From a virus, in the IMG/VR virus record IMGVR_UViG_3300044647_001784, positions 22,297 through 86,296 of that record: DNA of 64,000 nt; one strand, given 5' to 3'. How positions within the stretch are numbered: position 1 is the first letter of the stretch; each line of letters starts with the position of its first letter. Shown piece by piece: positions 29,817 to 40,352 of this stretch. The notes beneath the pieces were generated by a model. That model was not told where the DNA came from. It searched no databases and saw only the letters and a list, made by a program, of their open reading frames with translations. The position numbers were made by a program, and so were the translations under genes.

Positions 29817-30650
29817 TTAAACTGCAAAGACTCCTGGTGCTCCGAATCCTGGCGGTGAGAAGAATCCTGGCGGTGCGAAGAATGCTGGCGGTGCGAAGAA
29901 TCCTGGCGGTGCGAAGAATGCTGGCGGTGCGAAGAATCCTGGCGGTGCGAAGAATCCTGGCGGTGCGAAGAATCCTGGCGGTGCGAAGAAACTTGGCGGT
30001 GCGAAGAATGCTGGAGGGAAGAATGGTGGTGCAAAGAATGACGGTGCTAATGTCGTAACAGTATTTGTGTTATTTGATGCTGCTGATCTTCCATTAGCAT
30101 TATCTGCATAAACATTGTAGTACTGAGATGTACTAGCTGTATCTGATATTGATATAGATAAGTTAGTTGTATTTCCAGTTGTTCCATCATTACCTTGAAC
30201 AAAGTAGTTGGTTATTGGCTTTCCACCTGTTGCAGGTGCTCCCCAGCTAACCGTATTTGCATTAACTCCAGCAGTTGCAGATGCGCTTGTTGGTGCAGCT
30301 GGCTTTGTTGTTGCTGTTGCTGATGCTGAATTAGAATCTGCTGATGTTCCATAAAGGTCAACTGCTTTTACTGTATAAGAGTAAGAAGTTCCACCAACTA
30401 GTCCAGTATTAGAGAAGGTAGTAGTAGGAGCACTTACTGTTCCTACCTCTACTCCACTTCTAAATATTTTGTATTGAGTTGGTGCATTTCCTGTTGCTGG
30501 TGCTGTCCATGACAGATTAATCATTCCATCGTTAAAGTTTCGTTGGTTATTAACGCCGTTCAAATGATCTGCTGCGGTTAGCCCAGTTGGTGCATTTGGG
30601 CCAATGAAGTTGTCTTGAGCTGATGCTCTTCTGCCTATATTTTTTGACAT
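29817..30650 (-). CDS. Fibronectin type III domain protein with C-terminal (FFAPPx)n repeats
   Basis: Two FN3-like units (PNAPTGL...LSWTAP...YTVKAVD; PAAPTS...VSWGAP...ITNY); nine FFAPP units, ends FGAPGVFAV. Confidence 0.8.
   Translation of the reverse strand: MSKNIGRRASAQDNFIGPNAPTGLTAADHLNGVNNQRNFNDGMINLSWTAPATGNAPTQYKIFRSGVEVGTVSAPTTTFSNTGLVGGTSYSYTVKAVDLYGTSADSNSASATATTKPAAPTSASATAGVNANTVSWGAPATGGKPITNYFVQGNDGTTGNTTNLSISISDTASTSQYYNVYADNANGRSAASNNTNTVTTLAPSFFAPPFFPPAFFAPPSFFAPPGFFAPPGFFAPPGFFAPPAFFAPPGFFAPPAFFAPPGFFSPPGFGAPGVFAV
29844..30045. repeat. 18-bp coding tandem repeat (GAAGAATCCTGGCGGTGC)n
   Basis: Directly visible; encodes FFAPPG/A/S on the - strand. Confidence 0.9.
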
Positions 30651-30670
30651 TTTATTCTCCTATTCCCCAA

Positions 30671-32962
30671 TTATGCTTTCAAGTCTCCAGCAAGTAACCA
30701 TGTATCTGTTGCTACCTTGGTTATTGTTGCTGATGAATATAATGCTCTTAGCTTTAGTCCTGGAGTTCTCAATATTGTAACTCCAGATGCTTCTGCAAAT
30801 ACTGCGTCTGCTCCAGCTGACTGGTAGAAGCTTATTGAAGTTCCTATTGGATAAGCTGTAGTTGCATTTGTAGGAACTGTAATTGTGTGTGCTCCAGAAA
30901 CTGGAATTAACTGATCTCTTAGCGCTAATCCACCTGTTGATAGATTGTATGCTCCAGCAATTGCTGTTCCAATTACAGTCCGTGAAGGAACGCCTTCCTT
31001 TGTCTGAGTTCCATCTGTAAACGCTACACCTGCTGCTGCAACCGTTACTGTTCCAGTAAATGTTGGTGAAGCAATTGGTGCTTTAGATGCAAGACTGGTA
31101 GTGACTGTTGTTGCAAAGTTTGCATCGTCACCTAGTGCTGCAGCAAGCTCATCAAGGGTGTTAAGGGCTGCTGGGGCTGCTGCAATTACTGCATTTACCT
31201 GAGCTGTTGCATCTGCAATTGCTTCTGACTTAGCAGTTGCTATTGCTGAAGCCTGTGCTGTGGATACTGGCTTTGATGCATCTGATGTATTATCAACATT
31301 TGCAAGGCCTACTGAAGACTTTGTAAGTGCTGCTACTGCATTTGCAACCTTTGTGTCTGCTGCTAATCCTGCTGCTGTAATTGCATCTGCTTCTGCAGTG
31401 TCTGCATAAGACTTTGTTGCAAGAAGTGCTGTATCTGCAATTCCATGAACATCAGTTGTATCTGATGCGTGATTTGAAAGAGCTGTTGCAGCTGATCCAA
31501 ACTGTGTTTGAATTGAAGATGTAACTCCATTTAGGTAAGTTATTTCTGTTGAATCAACATTACCTATGGTTGTTGACTCTGGCAAAACAACTAGACCTGC
31601 AAATGTTGGTCCACTTAGTGGTGCTTTGGCATCTAGTGCGTCTCCTAGTCCAGCAATCTTGGACTGTGCAATTTCTGCACCGTCAACAATTTTTGCATTT
31701 GTAATAGACTGAGCAGCAATCTTAGATTCTGTAACTGCATTGTTTGCAATTTTTGTTTCTGTTATGGCACCGTCTGCGATTTTACCATTAACTACTGCAT
31801 TGTCTTGAATTTTTTCGCTAGTTACTGAATCAACAGCTAACTTTACATCAGTTACAGAGCCAGTTGCAATTTTGTCAGTTGAGATAGAACTATCTGCAAC
31901 TTTATCGTTTGTTACTGAGTTGGTTGCCAATTTTTGTTCTGTTACAGAGCTATTTGCAATTTTTTGTGTTACCACAGCGTTTGCTGCAAGCTTTTCTTCT
32001 GTTACTCCTTGACTTTCAATTTTATCAGTTGTAACTGCACCGTTTGCAATTGAAGCAGATATAATTGATGAGACTGGAACATCAAGTGTTCCAGTAAATT
32101 CTGCGTTATTTATTGTTGCGCTAGATGTTGCTTCCAATCTTCCAAGGGCTAGTGTGTCTAAGGATCCTTGAGCAAAATTAACTACAGTGGTTGGAGTATC
32201 TGTAACTCCTTTGAAAAGCTTCCACTTGTCTGCTGATGCATCACGAACTAGTCCAGTGTGGTTTGCTACTCCAGTGTTATGGTTAGCAACAAATCCTAAG
32301 TCTAAAATGTTTGTTGTATTGTCTTTTCCAATTGATAGAAGTGCATCTTCAAAAGCAACATTTTGGGTATCAATAGTTGTGGTTGTTCCGCTTACAATTA
32401 AGCTACCATTAATAACTACGTTTTGAGCTGTTAGATCTCCCTCTGTTGAAATATGTGTTGTTAGGCCTGTTAGTTTTAGTTGAGCTTCTGGAACTTTAAC
32501 GTTTCCATCAAGTGAAGCAACTCCGTTTGCTATGCCTCTGTCACCTGTCTCTAGGTATCCTGACAATGAGCTATTTACTCCATTTACAGCAGCATCTGTG
32601 TAACCTTCTGCTGCTGAAATAGCTGCTTCTCTAGCTGCTGATGCTTCTGATGTTGCAAACGCTTTTGTAGAAATAACATTTGTATCTACAGTTATTGTTA
32701 TTGTGTTTGATCCATCATTATAGGTCTTTGTAAGACCTGCTCCCATTGAAAGAGCCTGATCTATAGCATCTTGTGAAATTTCACCAATTGCTGCTGTGTC
32801 GGCTGCTGCATATGAAAGAGCGGTCCATGTAGATGAACCATTACCGAATTTAAATTTATTAGTGTTTGTTTCAACACCCATTTCACCTGCAGCTAATACT
32901 GGATTTGCTGCGGTCCATTCTGAAGATAAACCTCTACGTACTTGAATTCTTACTGTTGACAT
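30671..32962 (-). CDS. Tail fibre-like protein (Mtd/hyaluronidase-type N-terminus, 10-aa VTxxKIA repeats)
   Basis: 'IQVRRG..WTAANPVLAAGEMGVETNTNKFKFGNG'; 'APAALNTLDELAAALGDD'; C-terminal 'TDTWLLAGDL'. Confidence 0.75.
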   Translation of the reverse strand: MSTVRIQVRRGLSSEWTAANPVLAAGEMGVETNTNKFKFGNGSSTWTALSYAAADTAAIGEISQDAIDQALSMGAGLTKTYNDGSNTITITVDTNVISTKAFATSEASAAREAAISAAEGYTDAAVNGVNSSLSGYLETGDRGIANGVASLDGNVKVPEAQLKLTGLTTHISTEGDLTAQNVVINGSLIVSGTTTTIDTQNVAFEDALLSIGKDNTTNILDLGFVANHNTGVANHTGLVRDASADKWKLFKGVTDTPTTVVNFAQGSLDTLALGRLEATSSATINNAEFTGTLDVPVSSIISASIANGAVTTDKIESQGVTEEKLAANAVVTQKIANSSVTEQKLATNSVTNDKVADSSISTDKIATGSVTDVKLAVDSVTSEKIQDNAVVNGKIADGAITETKIANNAVTESKIAAQSITNAKIVDGAEIAQSKIAGLGDALDAKAPLSGPTFAGLVVLPESTTIGNVDSTEITYLNGVTSSIQTQFGSAATALSNHASDTTDVHGIADTALLATKSYADTAEADAITAAGLAADTKVANAVAALTKSSVGLANVDNTSDASKPVSTAQASAIATAKSEAIADATAQVNAVIAAAPAALNTLDELAAALGDDANFATTVTTSLASKAPIASPTFTGTVTVAAAGVAFTDGTQTKEGVPSRTVIGTAIAGAYNLSTGGLALRDQLIPVSGAHTITVPTNATTAYPIGTSISFYQSAGADAVFAEASGVTILRTPGLKLRALYSSATITKVATDTWLLAGDLKA

Positions 32963-33023
32963 TATGCCACCCCTTTAATTTGATATATTGAAATTATAGC
33001 ATTAAAACGATTATACTTGAGCA

Positions 33024-33386
33024 TCATGCTACTAACGCTCCTGAATCAAAAGTTATTCCGAATTCAGATGTTGATGGCTCTCCGCCAGATATGAACTTGT
33101 TTGTTCCTGTTGGAGTTACACCGTTTGCCTGAATTATATATGTTGGTTGACCATCGTAATCAATAGCCAATCCTACGTCCATAAATGTAAGCATGTTAGC
33201 TTCATTTGGAATCTCTGAATATAAAGCAATAGGCTGCCAAGTTCCATCTATCTGAACCTTGAGCCTATTTGTTGTTGTATCAAAAGATATTGGGGCTGAC
33301 CCTAAAACTATGTCTGTGTCAAACGTCGCAGTGCCTGCTACATTTAACCCGTTCTTTACTCTAAAATTTTTATTTACTGTTGCCAT
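33024..33386 (-). CDS. Small virion/fibre-associated protein
   Basis: N-terminus MATVNKNFRVKNGL is shared with the neighbour (MATVVKNFRIKSGL). Confidence 0.55.
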   Translation of the reverse strand: MATVNKNFRVKNGLNVAGTATFDTDIVLGSAPISFDTTTNRLKVQIDGTWQPIALYSEIPNEANMLTFMDVGLAIDYDGQPTYIIQANGVTPTGTNKFISGGEPSTSEFGITFDSGALVA

Positions 33387-33455
33387 TTAAGTTCACATAT
33401 CCCCTAATTGTTATTGTGGGGGATTTTTAAGGAATCCCCCAAAACCTTTATTTAA

Positions 33456-34862
33456 TTATTTAAGAAGTGTTCCAGTTACTTTGATTGTTGAATCATTTAC
33501 TGGATCTACTCTTAGCTGAACATTTGCACCAGATACTGATGCTGTAATTGTGCCTCGTGCTCCATTAGTTCCAACGATTGCATACTCTGTAATTGCTACG
33601 TTGTCTGATGAATCTAGAGTTACTAGAATTTCTGATATTTCGTTGTGTGTTCCGTTGTCAATCTTAACAACAAACTTTCCTGAGCGGTAAGCCGCCTTTG
33701 GCCACTCGTATGCAGTTACAACAACTGATCCAAGTGATGTTGATGATGCTGCAATTTGCTTAGCCTCATCATTAATGTTTAATGCTGTGAATGCTGTAGT
33801 TCCATCTTGCTGTGCTGTATTAGCTGCTGCTGCTGTTGCTTCTGCTGCTGCTTGAGCGTCGTTAGCCTTAGATGTTGCATCTGCTGATGCAGTAGCTTCT
33901 GCTGCTGCTTGGGCTGCGTTAGCCTTAGATGTTGCATCTGCTGATGCTGTGGCTTCTGCTGCAGCCTGTGCTGCGTTAGCCTTAGATGTTGCATCTGCTG
34001 ATGCTGTGGCTTCTGCTGCAGCCTGTGCTGCGTTAGCCTTAGATGTAGCGTCTGCTGATGCATTTGAAGCGGCAGTTGCAAGACTTGCAGTTACATCTGC
34101 TGAATTAGCCTTTGTTGCTAATGCTGATGTAAGAGTTGTTGTGTAATTAGCGTCGTCATTTATTGCTGCTGCCAATTCATTTAATGTGTTAAGAAGAGCT
34201 GGTGCTCCATCTACTAATGAATCTACTGCATTTGAAATTGCTGTATTGCGGTTTGAAACCTCTGTTGATATTGCAGATGAAAGAGCTGATGCTGCAGTTG
34301 CTTCTGCTGCTGCTTGAGCGGCGTTAGCTTTTGTAGTAGCATCTGCTGCTGCTGCAGAGATTGCTGCAGACTGTGCTGCATTGGCCTTTGATGTTGCATC
34401 TGCTGATGCTGTAGCTTCTGCTGCTGCTTGAGCGGCGTTAGCCTTAGATGTTGCATCTGCTGCTGCAGTTGAAACTGAAGCTGCATCGCCTGATACTCTA
34501 AGTGCTGCTTCTGCGGCTACCTTAGTTGTAGCATCAGTTGCTGCTGCTGTAATTGCAGCTGACTGTGCATTTGAAGCTTTTGTGCTTGCATCAGTTGCTG
34601 CTGCAGAAATTGCTGCTGCTTCAGCTGCTGAAGCGGAACCGTATGAGTCAAATGTATTAGCATTTACTGTAAGGTTACCTGAACCATCTACAGAAAATAC
34701 TCCTGTATCTACTGACTTTACAAGTGTAGCTCCACCAACGAGGTTGAGAATATAGGAATCTCCACCTGTTTCTGTAAGTATATTTTGACCACCGATTGTA
34801 CCTGTGTTACCTTCTACAATGAGGCCTGATTTAATTCTAAAGTTTTTTACTACTGTTGCCAT
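33456..34862 (-). CDS. Fibre-like protein with Ala-rich coiled-coil repeats
   Basis: Tandem 'ASADATSKANAAQAAAEAT' units; 'GAPALLNTLNELAAAI'. Confidence 0.7.
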   Translation of the reverse strand: MATVVKNFRIKSGLIVEGNTGTIGGQNILTETGGDSYILNLVGGATLVKSVDTGVFSVDGSGNLTVNANTFDSYGSASAAEAAAISAAATDASTKASNAQSAAITAAATDATTKVAAEAALRVSGDAASVSTAAADATSKANAAQAAAEATASADATSKANAAQSAAISAAAADATTKANAAQAAAEATAASALSSAISTEVSNRNTAISNAVDSLVDGAPALLNTLNELAAAINDDANYTTTLTSALATKANSADVTASLATAASNASADATSKANAAQAAAEATASADATSKANAAQAAAEATASADATSKANAAQAAAEATASADATSKANDAQAAAEATAAAANTAQQDGTTAFTALNINDEAKQIAASSTSLGSVVVTAYEWPKAAYRSGKFVVKIDNGTHNEISEILVTLDSSDNVAITEYAIVGTNGARGTITASVSGANVQLRVDPVNDSTIKVTGTLLK

Positions 34863-34891
34863 TTATATGACTCCTCTTACTGCTTTTTTTG

Positions 34892-35449
34892 TTATGCCTT
34901 TAATGCTGTTCTTACAAATCTTACTGCGATTTCACCAGAAACAGGGGTGACTCTTAAACTAATTATACCTGAATTTTCTTCAAAGGTATAAGTAAATAGG
35001 CTATTGTTTGTGTTTGATATGATGTTAGACTCTGATACTAGCATGTCTGATCCAGATTGTGTTGCCGTGATCTCAGATGCATAAACATCTGCTCCCCTTG
35101 TAACCTGAAGATTATATCTTACTGTTTTCCATGTATTTTTTGCAAATGAATCTACATTAGTTGCATTTTCAATTCCATAAACTGCAAGGTCGTTATTACC
35201 TTCTAGGCCAAGTAGCTCTATTACATTGTCTGTGCTGTTATCTAGGTCTCCTAGAATAGAAACTATATCGTTAATTTTATAGGTTAAAGAATCTGGATCT
35301 TGTGACCCATCTATTCCTACCTTTATTTGAAGAGCTTCAATTGCATCATTTGCATTTGCATGTTGCTCTGAATGTGATGGCGCTGATAATTGATCAGTGC
35401 CGTTTGGATTAATTAATTCGTCTAGATTGTTTGGATAATTGGTGGCCAT
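34892..35449 (-). CDS. Virion structural protein
   Basis: 'MATNYPNNLD...HSEQHANANDAIEALQIKVG'; C-terminal domain resembles that of 33456-34862. Confidence 0.55.
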   Translation of the reverse strand: MATNYPNNLDELINPNGTDQLSAPSHSEQHANANDAIEALQIKVGIDGSQDPDSLTYKINDIVSILGDLDNSTDNVIELLGLEGNNDLAVYGIENATNVDSFAKNTWKTVRYNLQVTRGADVYASEITATQSGSDMLVSESNIISNTNNSLFTYTFEENSGIISLRVTPVSGEIAVRFVRTALKA

Positions 35450-35519
35450 TGGCTACCCCCTTGTGTAAGTCTTGTTACTTAGTCAATTATATCCTACAAA
35501 TATTTATAATCCACCAAAT

Positions 35520-35756
35520 TTACCATTTATTTATAGGGCATTGAGCAGCAGAAAGCTTGGTTTTTAACTTCATTATACATCCGCATTTTTTGCATTGTGT
35601 AGTTAAGTCAATGAACTCTGGACAAGACCTACACACGCTATACCTTTGTTCTTGCAATTCATTTGGTGCAAAATCTGTGTTGGGGTTTAACAAATCCCAA
35701 GGCCTAGTGTCACCTAAGTTTTCTTTGTATTTTTCCCATGCACTTTTTTCTGTCAT
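35520..35756 (-). CDS. Small Cys-rich protein (CxxC...CxxCGC...CP)
   Basis: 'RYSVCRSCPEF...QCKKCGCIM.LKTKL...CPINKW'. Confidence 0.65.
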   Translation of the reverse strand: MTEKSAWEKYKENLGDTRPWDLLNPNTDFAPNELQEQRYSVCRSCPEFIDLTTQCKKCGCIMKLKTKLSAAQCPINKW

Positions 35757-35839
35757 AGTTTAACTTTCTAGTGTTGTAAGCTTGTATTATAATTTTAACA
35801 TAATTTACATTAATATGTCAATGTAAGTTTTATATTTGT

Positions 35840-38239
35840 TTATACAGCAAATACTCCTGGTGCTCCGAATGCTGGCGGTGCGAAGAACTCTGGTGGCGCA
35901 AAGACTGGGTCTGGGTCTGGTTCTGGGAATGCTGGTGGTGTAAAGACTGGTTCTGGATCTGGATCTGGAAATGCTGGTGGTGAAAAGAATCCTGGTGGCG
36001 CAAAGAATGATGGTGGTGCAAATACAGCTGGTGCACATCCTGCTTGGGCTGCGGCTGCTAAAGCGGCAGAAGATGTTGATCGGTATCTCAATACTTCTCG
36101 TGCACTACTTGGACCTGAAATTACATCTGTTGGAATTGATGAAGCAGTATAAGGACCACTAACAGATGGACTTGAGCCATAATTTCCAGAGTTATTGTTA
36201 CACAAAGAATATCCTATATAATAAGTTACTGTTACTGGTGGTGTACATTCCTGAGTTTGTGTTTCAGTATATGCAGTGCATGATCCAGCATGATAGTTTG
36301 TTCTTGTTTTAGTTTGTGTTCCTTCAGAAGAACATGTGCTCCATGCGCTCCATGCACTTGGTGTTGGACATGAAATAAAATCACCGCAGCATTGCTGTCC
36401 AACGCTTATTGCATAAGTTGTAGAGTTACCAAGTAACTGTCTTCCAAGCTCAGCACAGGTATATGCTGCTGCATTTGTTATAGTTCCTGGACATGCTGGT
36501 TTTTCTTGTGGTGGTGGGAAATCTGGGGATGCTTGATACGTAAACTTATTTACTGTAATTGTAGGTATTGGAGATGAATTTACAATAGTTCCAGCAGCGG
36601 GGGATTGTGAAGAAACTAGTCCTTCTTTTGTATAATCAGTGGTGCCAACTGCTGTTCCTGCTGCAATGTTGTAACTTGATGTGCTAGAAGGATTATATGT
36701 TCCAACTAGGTTTGGGATTGTATATGTTGTGGGTACGCAAACTGGGGTTCTAGATACTCCTCCAGCAACCTGATTATTTATTCCTGGCTCATCAGCGTTG
36801 CAAGCTGCATTTAATCCTGTAAGAGCTGCGCTGCTATTTGCATAAGTTCCAGTTACTCCAGCCCCATTGCCGCAACAGGCCCAATATTGAACTGGTGAAG
36901 TAGGCTCTTCTGCTTCTTTTGTTGTAGATGCAACTGAGTTACTGCTATATGTTTTTGAGGTAGTATTTAAATCGGTAGTCAATACATAAACAGAAGATGT
37001 TATTGACTTGTTGTCATATTGAGTTGTGTCGCCTAGGCTTAATGTACTTCCAATTCCAAATGGTATGTTGACCCCATCCGCATACCATTCATGAATATAA
37101 GAATAAATTGAAGAAGAATTACTCCATGTTCCATTTGTTGATGTAAATGATCTTCCAGTTCCAGAAACTGTTGGTGCAACTTGATTTACTGGTAAAGGAA
37201 CTGATGGATATACTATAGGTAATCCTGGGAAAGAAGACCATGATGTTTCAGTAAATCTTGGAGCGGTTCCAGTTACAGTAATTGTGTATGATCCATATGT
37301 TGTTCCGCCAACCCCTATTCTTTCAATCCAATATGAGGTTTGAGAAGGACCTCCAGAAAAATATGAACTAGACTCCATATTACCGTTGTTATATACAATC
37401 CATTCTGTTGGCTGTATTAAATTTAAAGACCAAGACAGGGTTCCTCCATTTGAGCTTGAAGACATAGTCGTTGTAACTCCAGGCTTATTTGGCTTTACAT
37501 CAGAAACTGATGCATTAGCACCAATACCTTGAACTGTAGTTCCGCTAATATTAGATGTATTTAGTGGTCTTACTAATAACAAAAGTCCGCCGCTTCCATT
37601 TCCAGTATCTATCTCATATGTATTTACATCTCCAGTAAGCTGTATTTCTCCAGAAGCGGCACCTGAATATTGTATATAAAAATCATTTGCTCCAATTGGC
37701 TTTGTCCAATCTACTTTTATTACTCCATTTGATACTACAGATGCAGATACAACAGAAAGTTTTTGTGGACCTATTAATGGGCTCGGTAAAGTATAGACAT
37801 CTGGATCATTATCTCCAGCAGCATTTGTAGCTGTTACCTTACACCTTACAACATACCCAACATACTTTAAAGTTCTAGTAGAATTCCATTCGTCTTCATC
37901 TAATTGAAGTGTATTTGATGTCTTGCCTGTAATGTTTGACCAATTATATGAAGACCCAGTCCATGCTGCTTTTTGCCATTGATATTTAAATGAAGTTGGA
38001 GAATTTTCCCAGACACCGTTTGAAACAGAAACAGTTTCTTGTGCTGCATACCAGAAAGCTCCTCCTTGCAATGAAAGTATAGGAAGCTCTGTGTTTTTTG
38101 GTTTTAAGTCAAGTAGGGATTTCCATTCAGAACCATCCCATATATATGCCGCTTTAGATTCATTCCATGTGCTTCCATCATGAATCTGTACTTTTTTTAA
38201 AGGATTCCAACTGGAACCGTCAAAAATATTTAGCGGCAT
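35840..38239 (-). CDS. Ig/FN3-like, Cys-rich virion surface protein with C-terminal FFAPP repeats
   Basis: 'SNGVWENSPTSFKYQWQ...RCKVTATN' Ig-like units; 'WSAWSTCS' thrombospondin-like motif; ends FFAPPAFGAPGVFAV. Confidence 0.7.
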   Translation of the reverse strand: MPLNIFDGSSWNPLKKVQIHDGSTWNESKAAYIWDGSEWKSLLDLKPKNTELPILSLQGGAFWYAAQETVSVSNGVWENSPTSFKYQWQKAAWTGSSYNWSNITGKTSNTLQLDEDEWNSTRTLKYVGYVVRCKVTATNAAGDNDPDVYTLPSPLIGPQKLSVVSASVVSNGVIKVDWTKPIGANDFYIQYSGAASGEIQLTGDVNTYEIDTGNGSGGLLLLVRPLNTSNISGTTVQGIGANASVSDVKPNKPGVTTTMSSSSNGGTLSWSLNLIQPTEWIVYNNGNMESSSYFSGGPSQTSYWIERIGVGGTTYGSYTITVTGTAPRFTETSWSSFPGLPIVYPSVPLPVNQVAPTVSGTGRSFTSTNGTWSNSSSIYSYIHEWYADGVNIPFGIGSTLSLGDTTQYDNKSITSSVYVLTTDLNTTSKTYSSNSVASTTKEAEEPTSPVQYWACCGNGAGVTGTYANSSAALTGLNAACNADEPGINNQVAGGVSRTPVCVPTTYTIPNLVGTYNPSSTSSYNIAAGTAVGTTDYTKEGLVSSQSPAAGTIVNSSPIPTITVNKFTYQASPDFPPPQEKPACPGTITNAAAYTCAELGRQLLGNSTTYAISVGQQCCGDFISCPTPSAWSAWSTCSSEGTQTKTRTNYHAGSCTAYTETQTQECTPPVTVTYYIGYSLCNNNSGNYGSSPSVSGPYTASSIPTDVISGPSSAREVLRYRSTSSAALAAAAQAGCAPAVFAPPSFFAPPGFFSPPAFPDPDPEPVFTPPAFPEPDPDPVFAPPEFFAPPAFGAPGVFAV

Positions 38240-38248
38240 TTGGTCTCC

Positions 38249-39895
38249 TTAGTATTGAATGTAGATGTCTCCAGCAGAGTTTCCGCTTGAAGGTGGTGTT
38301 ATATCTGTTCCATAAGTAATTTTATTAATATTTGATCCTGATATACCATTTGTGTATCCAGTAACAACAGTTCCGCCAAGTGCTATCGCTGTTCCATTTA
38401 TGGTAATTGAATTATTTTCAAGCATTGTATTTGATATTGCTGGCACAGCAGATGTTAATATCTTACCTGCTGAATCTAGACCAGCATACCCATTGCTTTG
38501 GTTTCTTTCATTTTCTGGCTGATATCCACCAAGTGAGTTTTCTATTCCTTCTATTGCCAAGTCAGTGTAATCATTAGCAGAGGCTAAAGTAGAAGCCAAA
38601 CCTGAAGTTAGGTTGATAGCTGTTGCATATCCAGATATTAATGCCCCTGCTGGTATTGTAACTGTACCAGTAAATGTAGGAGAGGCAATTGGTGCAAACC
38701 CTGCAATACTTGCTCCTTCTGGAATTGTTACTGTACCAGTAAATGTAGGAGAAGCAATTGGTGCCTTTAATCCAATTAAAGATGTTAAAGAAGAAGCTGC
38801 AGTTTGATCTTGTGCAATATAATCTGAAATCTCTTTAAGAGTATCAAATGCAGTTGGTGCAGAAGCAATAACTCCTTCAATAGCAGAGACTAAATCTGAA
38901 GATCTTGCTATTGTTTGTGGTATAACAGATTCTAATACCTTGCTATTTGAGTCCAAACCAGCAATTCCACCAGAAGAATTTCTATCTGAAACTGGAATGT
39001 AATTTGTTAATTCTGAAATTGGGACATAATTTGTTAAGCTAGTATTAACTTCTGTTCTTAAATCATCGACTGCTGTTAATGCAGATACAAGCACAGCTGT
39101 TCTAGCATTGTTTGTGGCTGAAATTGCTCTAGCATTAGTAAAATATAAATTGCTGCCTTCTGGAACGTCTGAAGTAGAAGATATGTTTGATATAGGCGGG
39201 ATAAAACCTGAAAGTGCTTCGTCTGTATATTCCTTGGCCCCAGCGACTTCTTGATCTACATAGCCTCTTGTTTGTGTAATAAGTGGATTTACTATGTTAT
39301 TAACTCTAGACTCTGTAAAATAAAGTCTTGTTCCTTCTTCTATATCAGATGTGCTTAAAGCATTTATTGATGCTACTGTAAATTCTTCAGCGTCTGCTTT
39401 AGCGGTAACAAGTGCGGCAGCAACTTTGTCTGTTGCATCTATTGCTGCAGCTAGTTTAGCTGCATTTACTTTTGTTGTAGAATCTTGTTTTGCTTCATCT
39501 AGTGCATCATCTGCAGATCCTATTGGGTCAAATAACCCTTGCACTGCATTGACTGCTCTAGGTTCTGAAAAATATAAATTTCCTGATTCTGTAATGTCAT
39601 TTGTTGTAATAGAAGACAAAGCATTTTGTATTGCAAGCAGAGCTTCGGAGTCTAATGAAACTTGATCTGGAAGCTGGGATAAAGGAATTTTGCCATCTGA
39701 ATTTAATGTAGCAACTCCGTTAGCCATTCCAGGTTTAAGGGCATAAGAAGTTATTGAGTTCCATCTTTGAGTTCCATTGCCTATTTTAAACTTAAGCGTG
39801 TCTGTTTCTATTCCTATTTCACCGTTCAAAAGCAATGGGTTATTTGCTGCCCAGTTTGCTGCAACATCTCTTCTTAATTGAATTTTATATGCCAT
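38249..39895 (-). CDS. Tail fibre-like protein (Mtd-type N-terminus)
   Basis: 'IQLRRD..NWAANNPLLLNGEIGIETDTLKFKIGNG'; repeated 'EGxNLYFT' and 'GVATLNSDGKIP'; ends 'GDIYIQY'. Confidence 0.75.
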   Translation of the reverse strand: MAYKIQLRRDVAANWAANNPLLLNGEIGIETDTLKFKIGNGTQRWNSITSYALKPGMANGVATLNSDGKIPLSQLPDQVSLDSEALLAIQNALSSITTNDITESGNLYFSEPRAVNAVQGLFDPIGSADDALDEAKQDSTTKVNAAKLAAAIDATDKVAAALVTAKADAEEFTVASINALSTSDIEEGTRLYFTESRVNNIVNPLITQTRGYVDQEVAGAKEYTDEALSGFIPPISNISSTSDVPEGSNLYFTNARAISATNNARTAVLVSALTAVDDLRTEVNTSLTNYVPISELTNYIPVSDRNSSGGIAGLDSNSKVLESVIPQTIARSSDLVSAIEGVIASAPTAFDTLKEISDYIAQDQTAASSLTSLIGLKAPIASPTFTGTVTIPEGASIAGFAPIASPTFTGTVTIPAGALISGYATAINLTSGLASTLASANDYTDLAIEGIENSLGGYQPENERNQSNGYAGLDSAGKILTSAVPAISNTMLENNSITINGTAIALGGTVVTGYTNGISGSNINKITYGTDITPPSSGNSAGDIYIQY

Positions 39896-40350
39896 TATGA
39901 ATTACCTCCATCGAGTGATGGTGCATCAAAGTCTTCCGACCCTCCGCCTCCCAAAATCTCTTCCTCTACTACTGTTGTTCCATCAAAAAGACCTGCATCA
40001 AACAATGTTTCTTCAACAAACGACGGGCTATTAAGATTACTACCAGGCAATCCTCCGTCATATCCAATTATCTCAGGTAAAACAAGTCCAGGAGTATTTG
40101 GATTATCAAGATTCTTAAAGTCAATTTGATTCTGTATATCTATTGTATGTACATCTCCATCAAATGTGTGGGTGTGCATATAGAATGGAGTTGGATCTGT
40201 ACTTGGAGGAGTAAGCTCTATCCAAGTAGTTCCATTGTGAACACGCAAGTTTTTTGTAGTAGTATTTATGTATACTTCTCCAACTTGCCCAAATGCTGGG
40301 TCTGTTGACAAGGCTAATAGCCTTAAAGGTACCAGCATCTGTCTAGACAT
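39895..40350 (-). CDS. Virion-associated protein
   Basis: 'GEVYINTTTKNLRVHNGTTW' fibre-type motif. Confidence 0.55.
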   Translation of the reverse strand: MSRQMLVPLRLLALSTDPAFGQVGEVYINTTTKNLRVHNGTTWIELTPPSTDPTPFYMHTHTFDGDVHTIDIQNQIDFKNLDNPNTPGLVLPEIIGYDGGLPGSNLNSPSFVEETLFDAGLFDGTTVVEEEILGGGGSEDFDAPSLDGGNS

Positions 40351-40352
40351 GA

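Noticed and set aside
29801-30058. CRISPR array, or real ORFs 'SSHRQD' / 'RRILAV', at the 18-bp repeat
   Set aside because: Repeats are contiguous with no spacers; the alternative ORFs are shadow frames of the FFAPP-coding repeat.
29817-35890. DGR template/variable repeat pair between the two FGAPGVFAV ends
   Set aside because: Differences are mostly synonymous third-position changes, not adenine-specific, and no reverse transcriptase is in the window.
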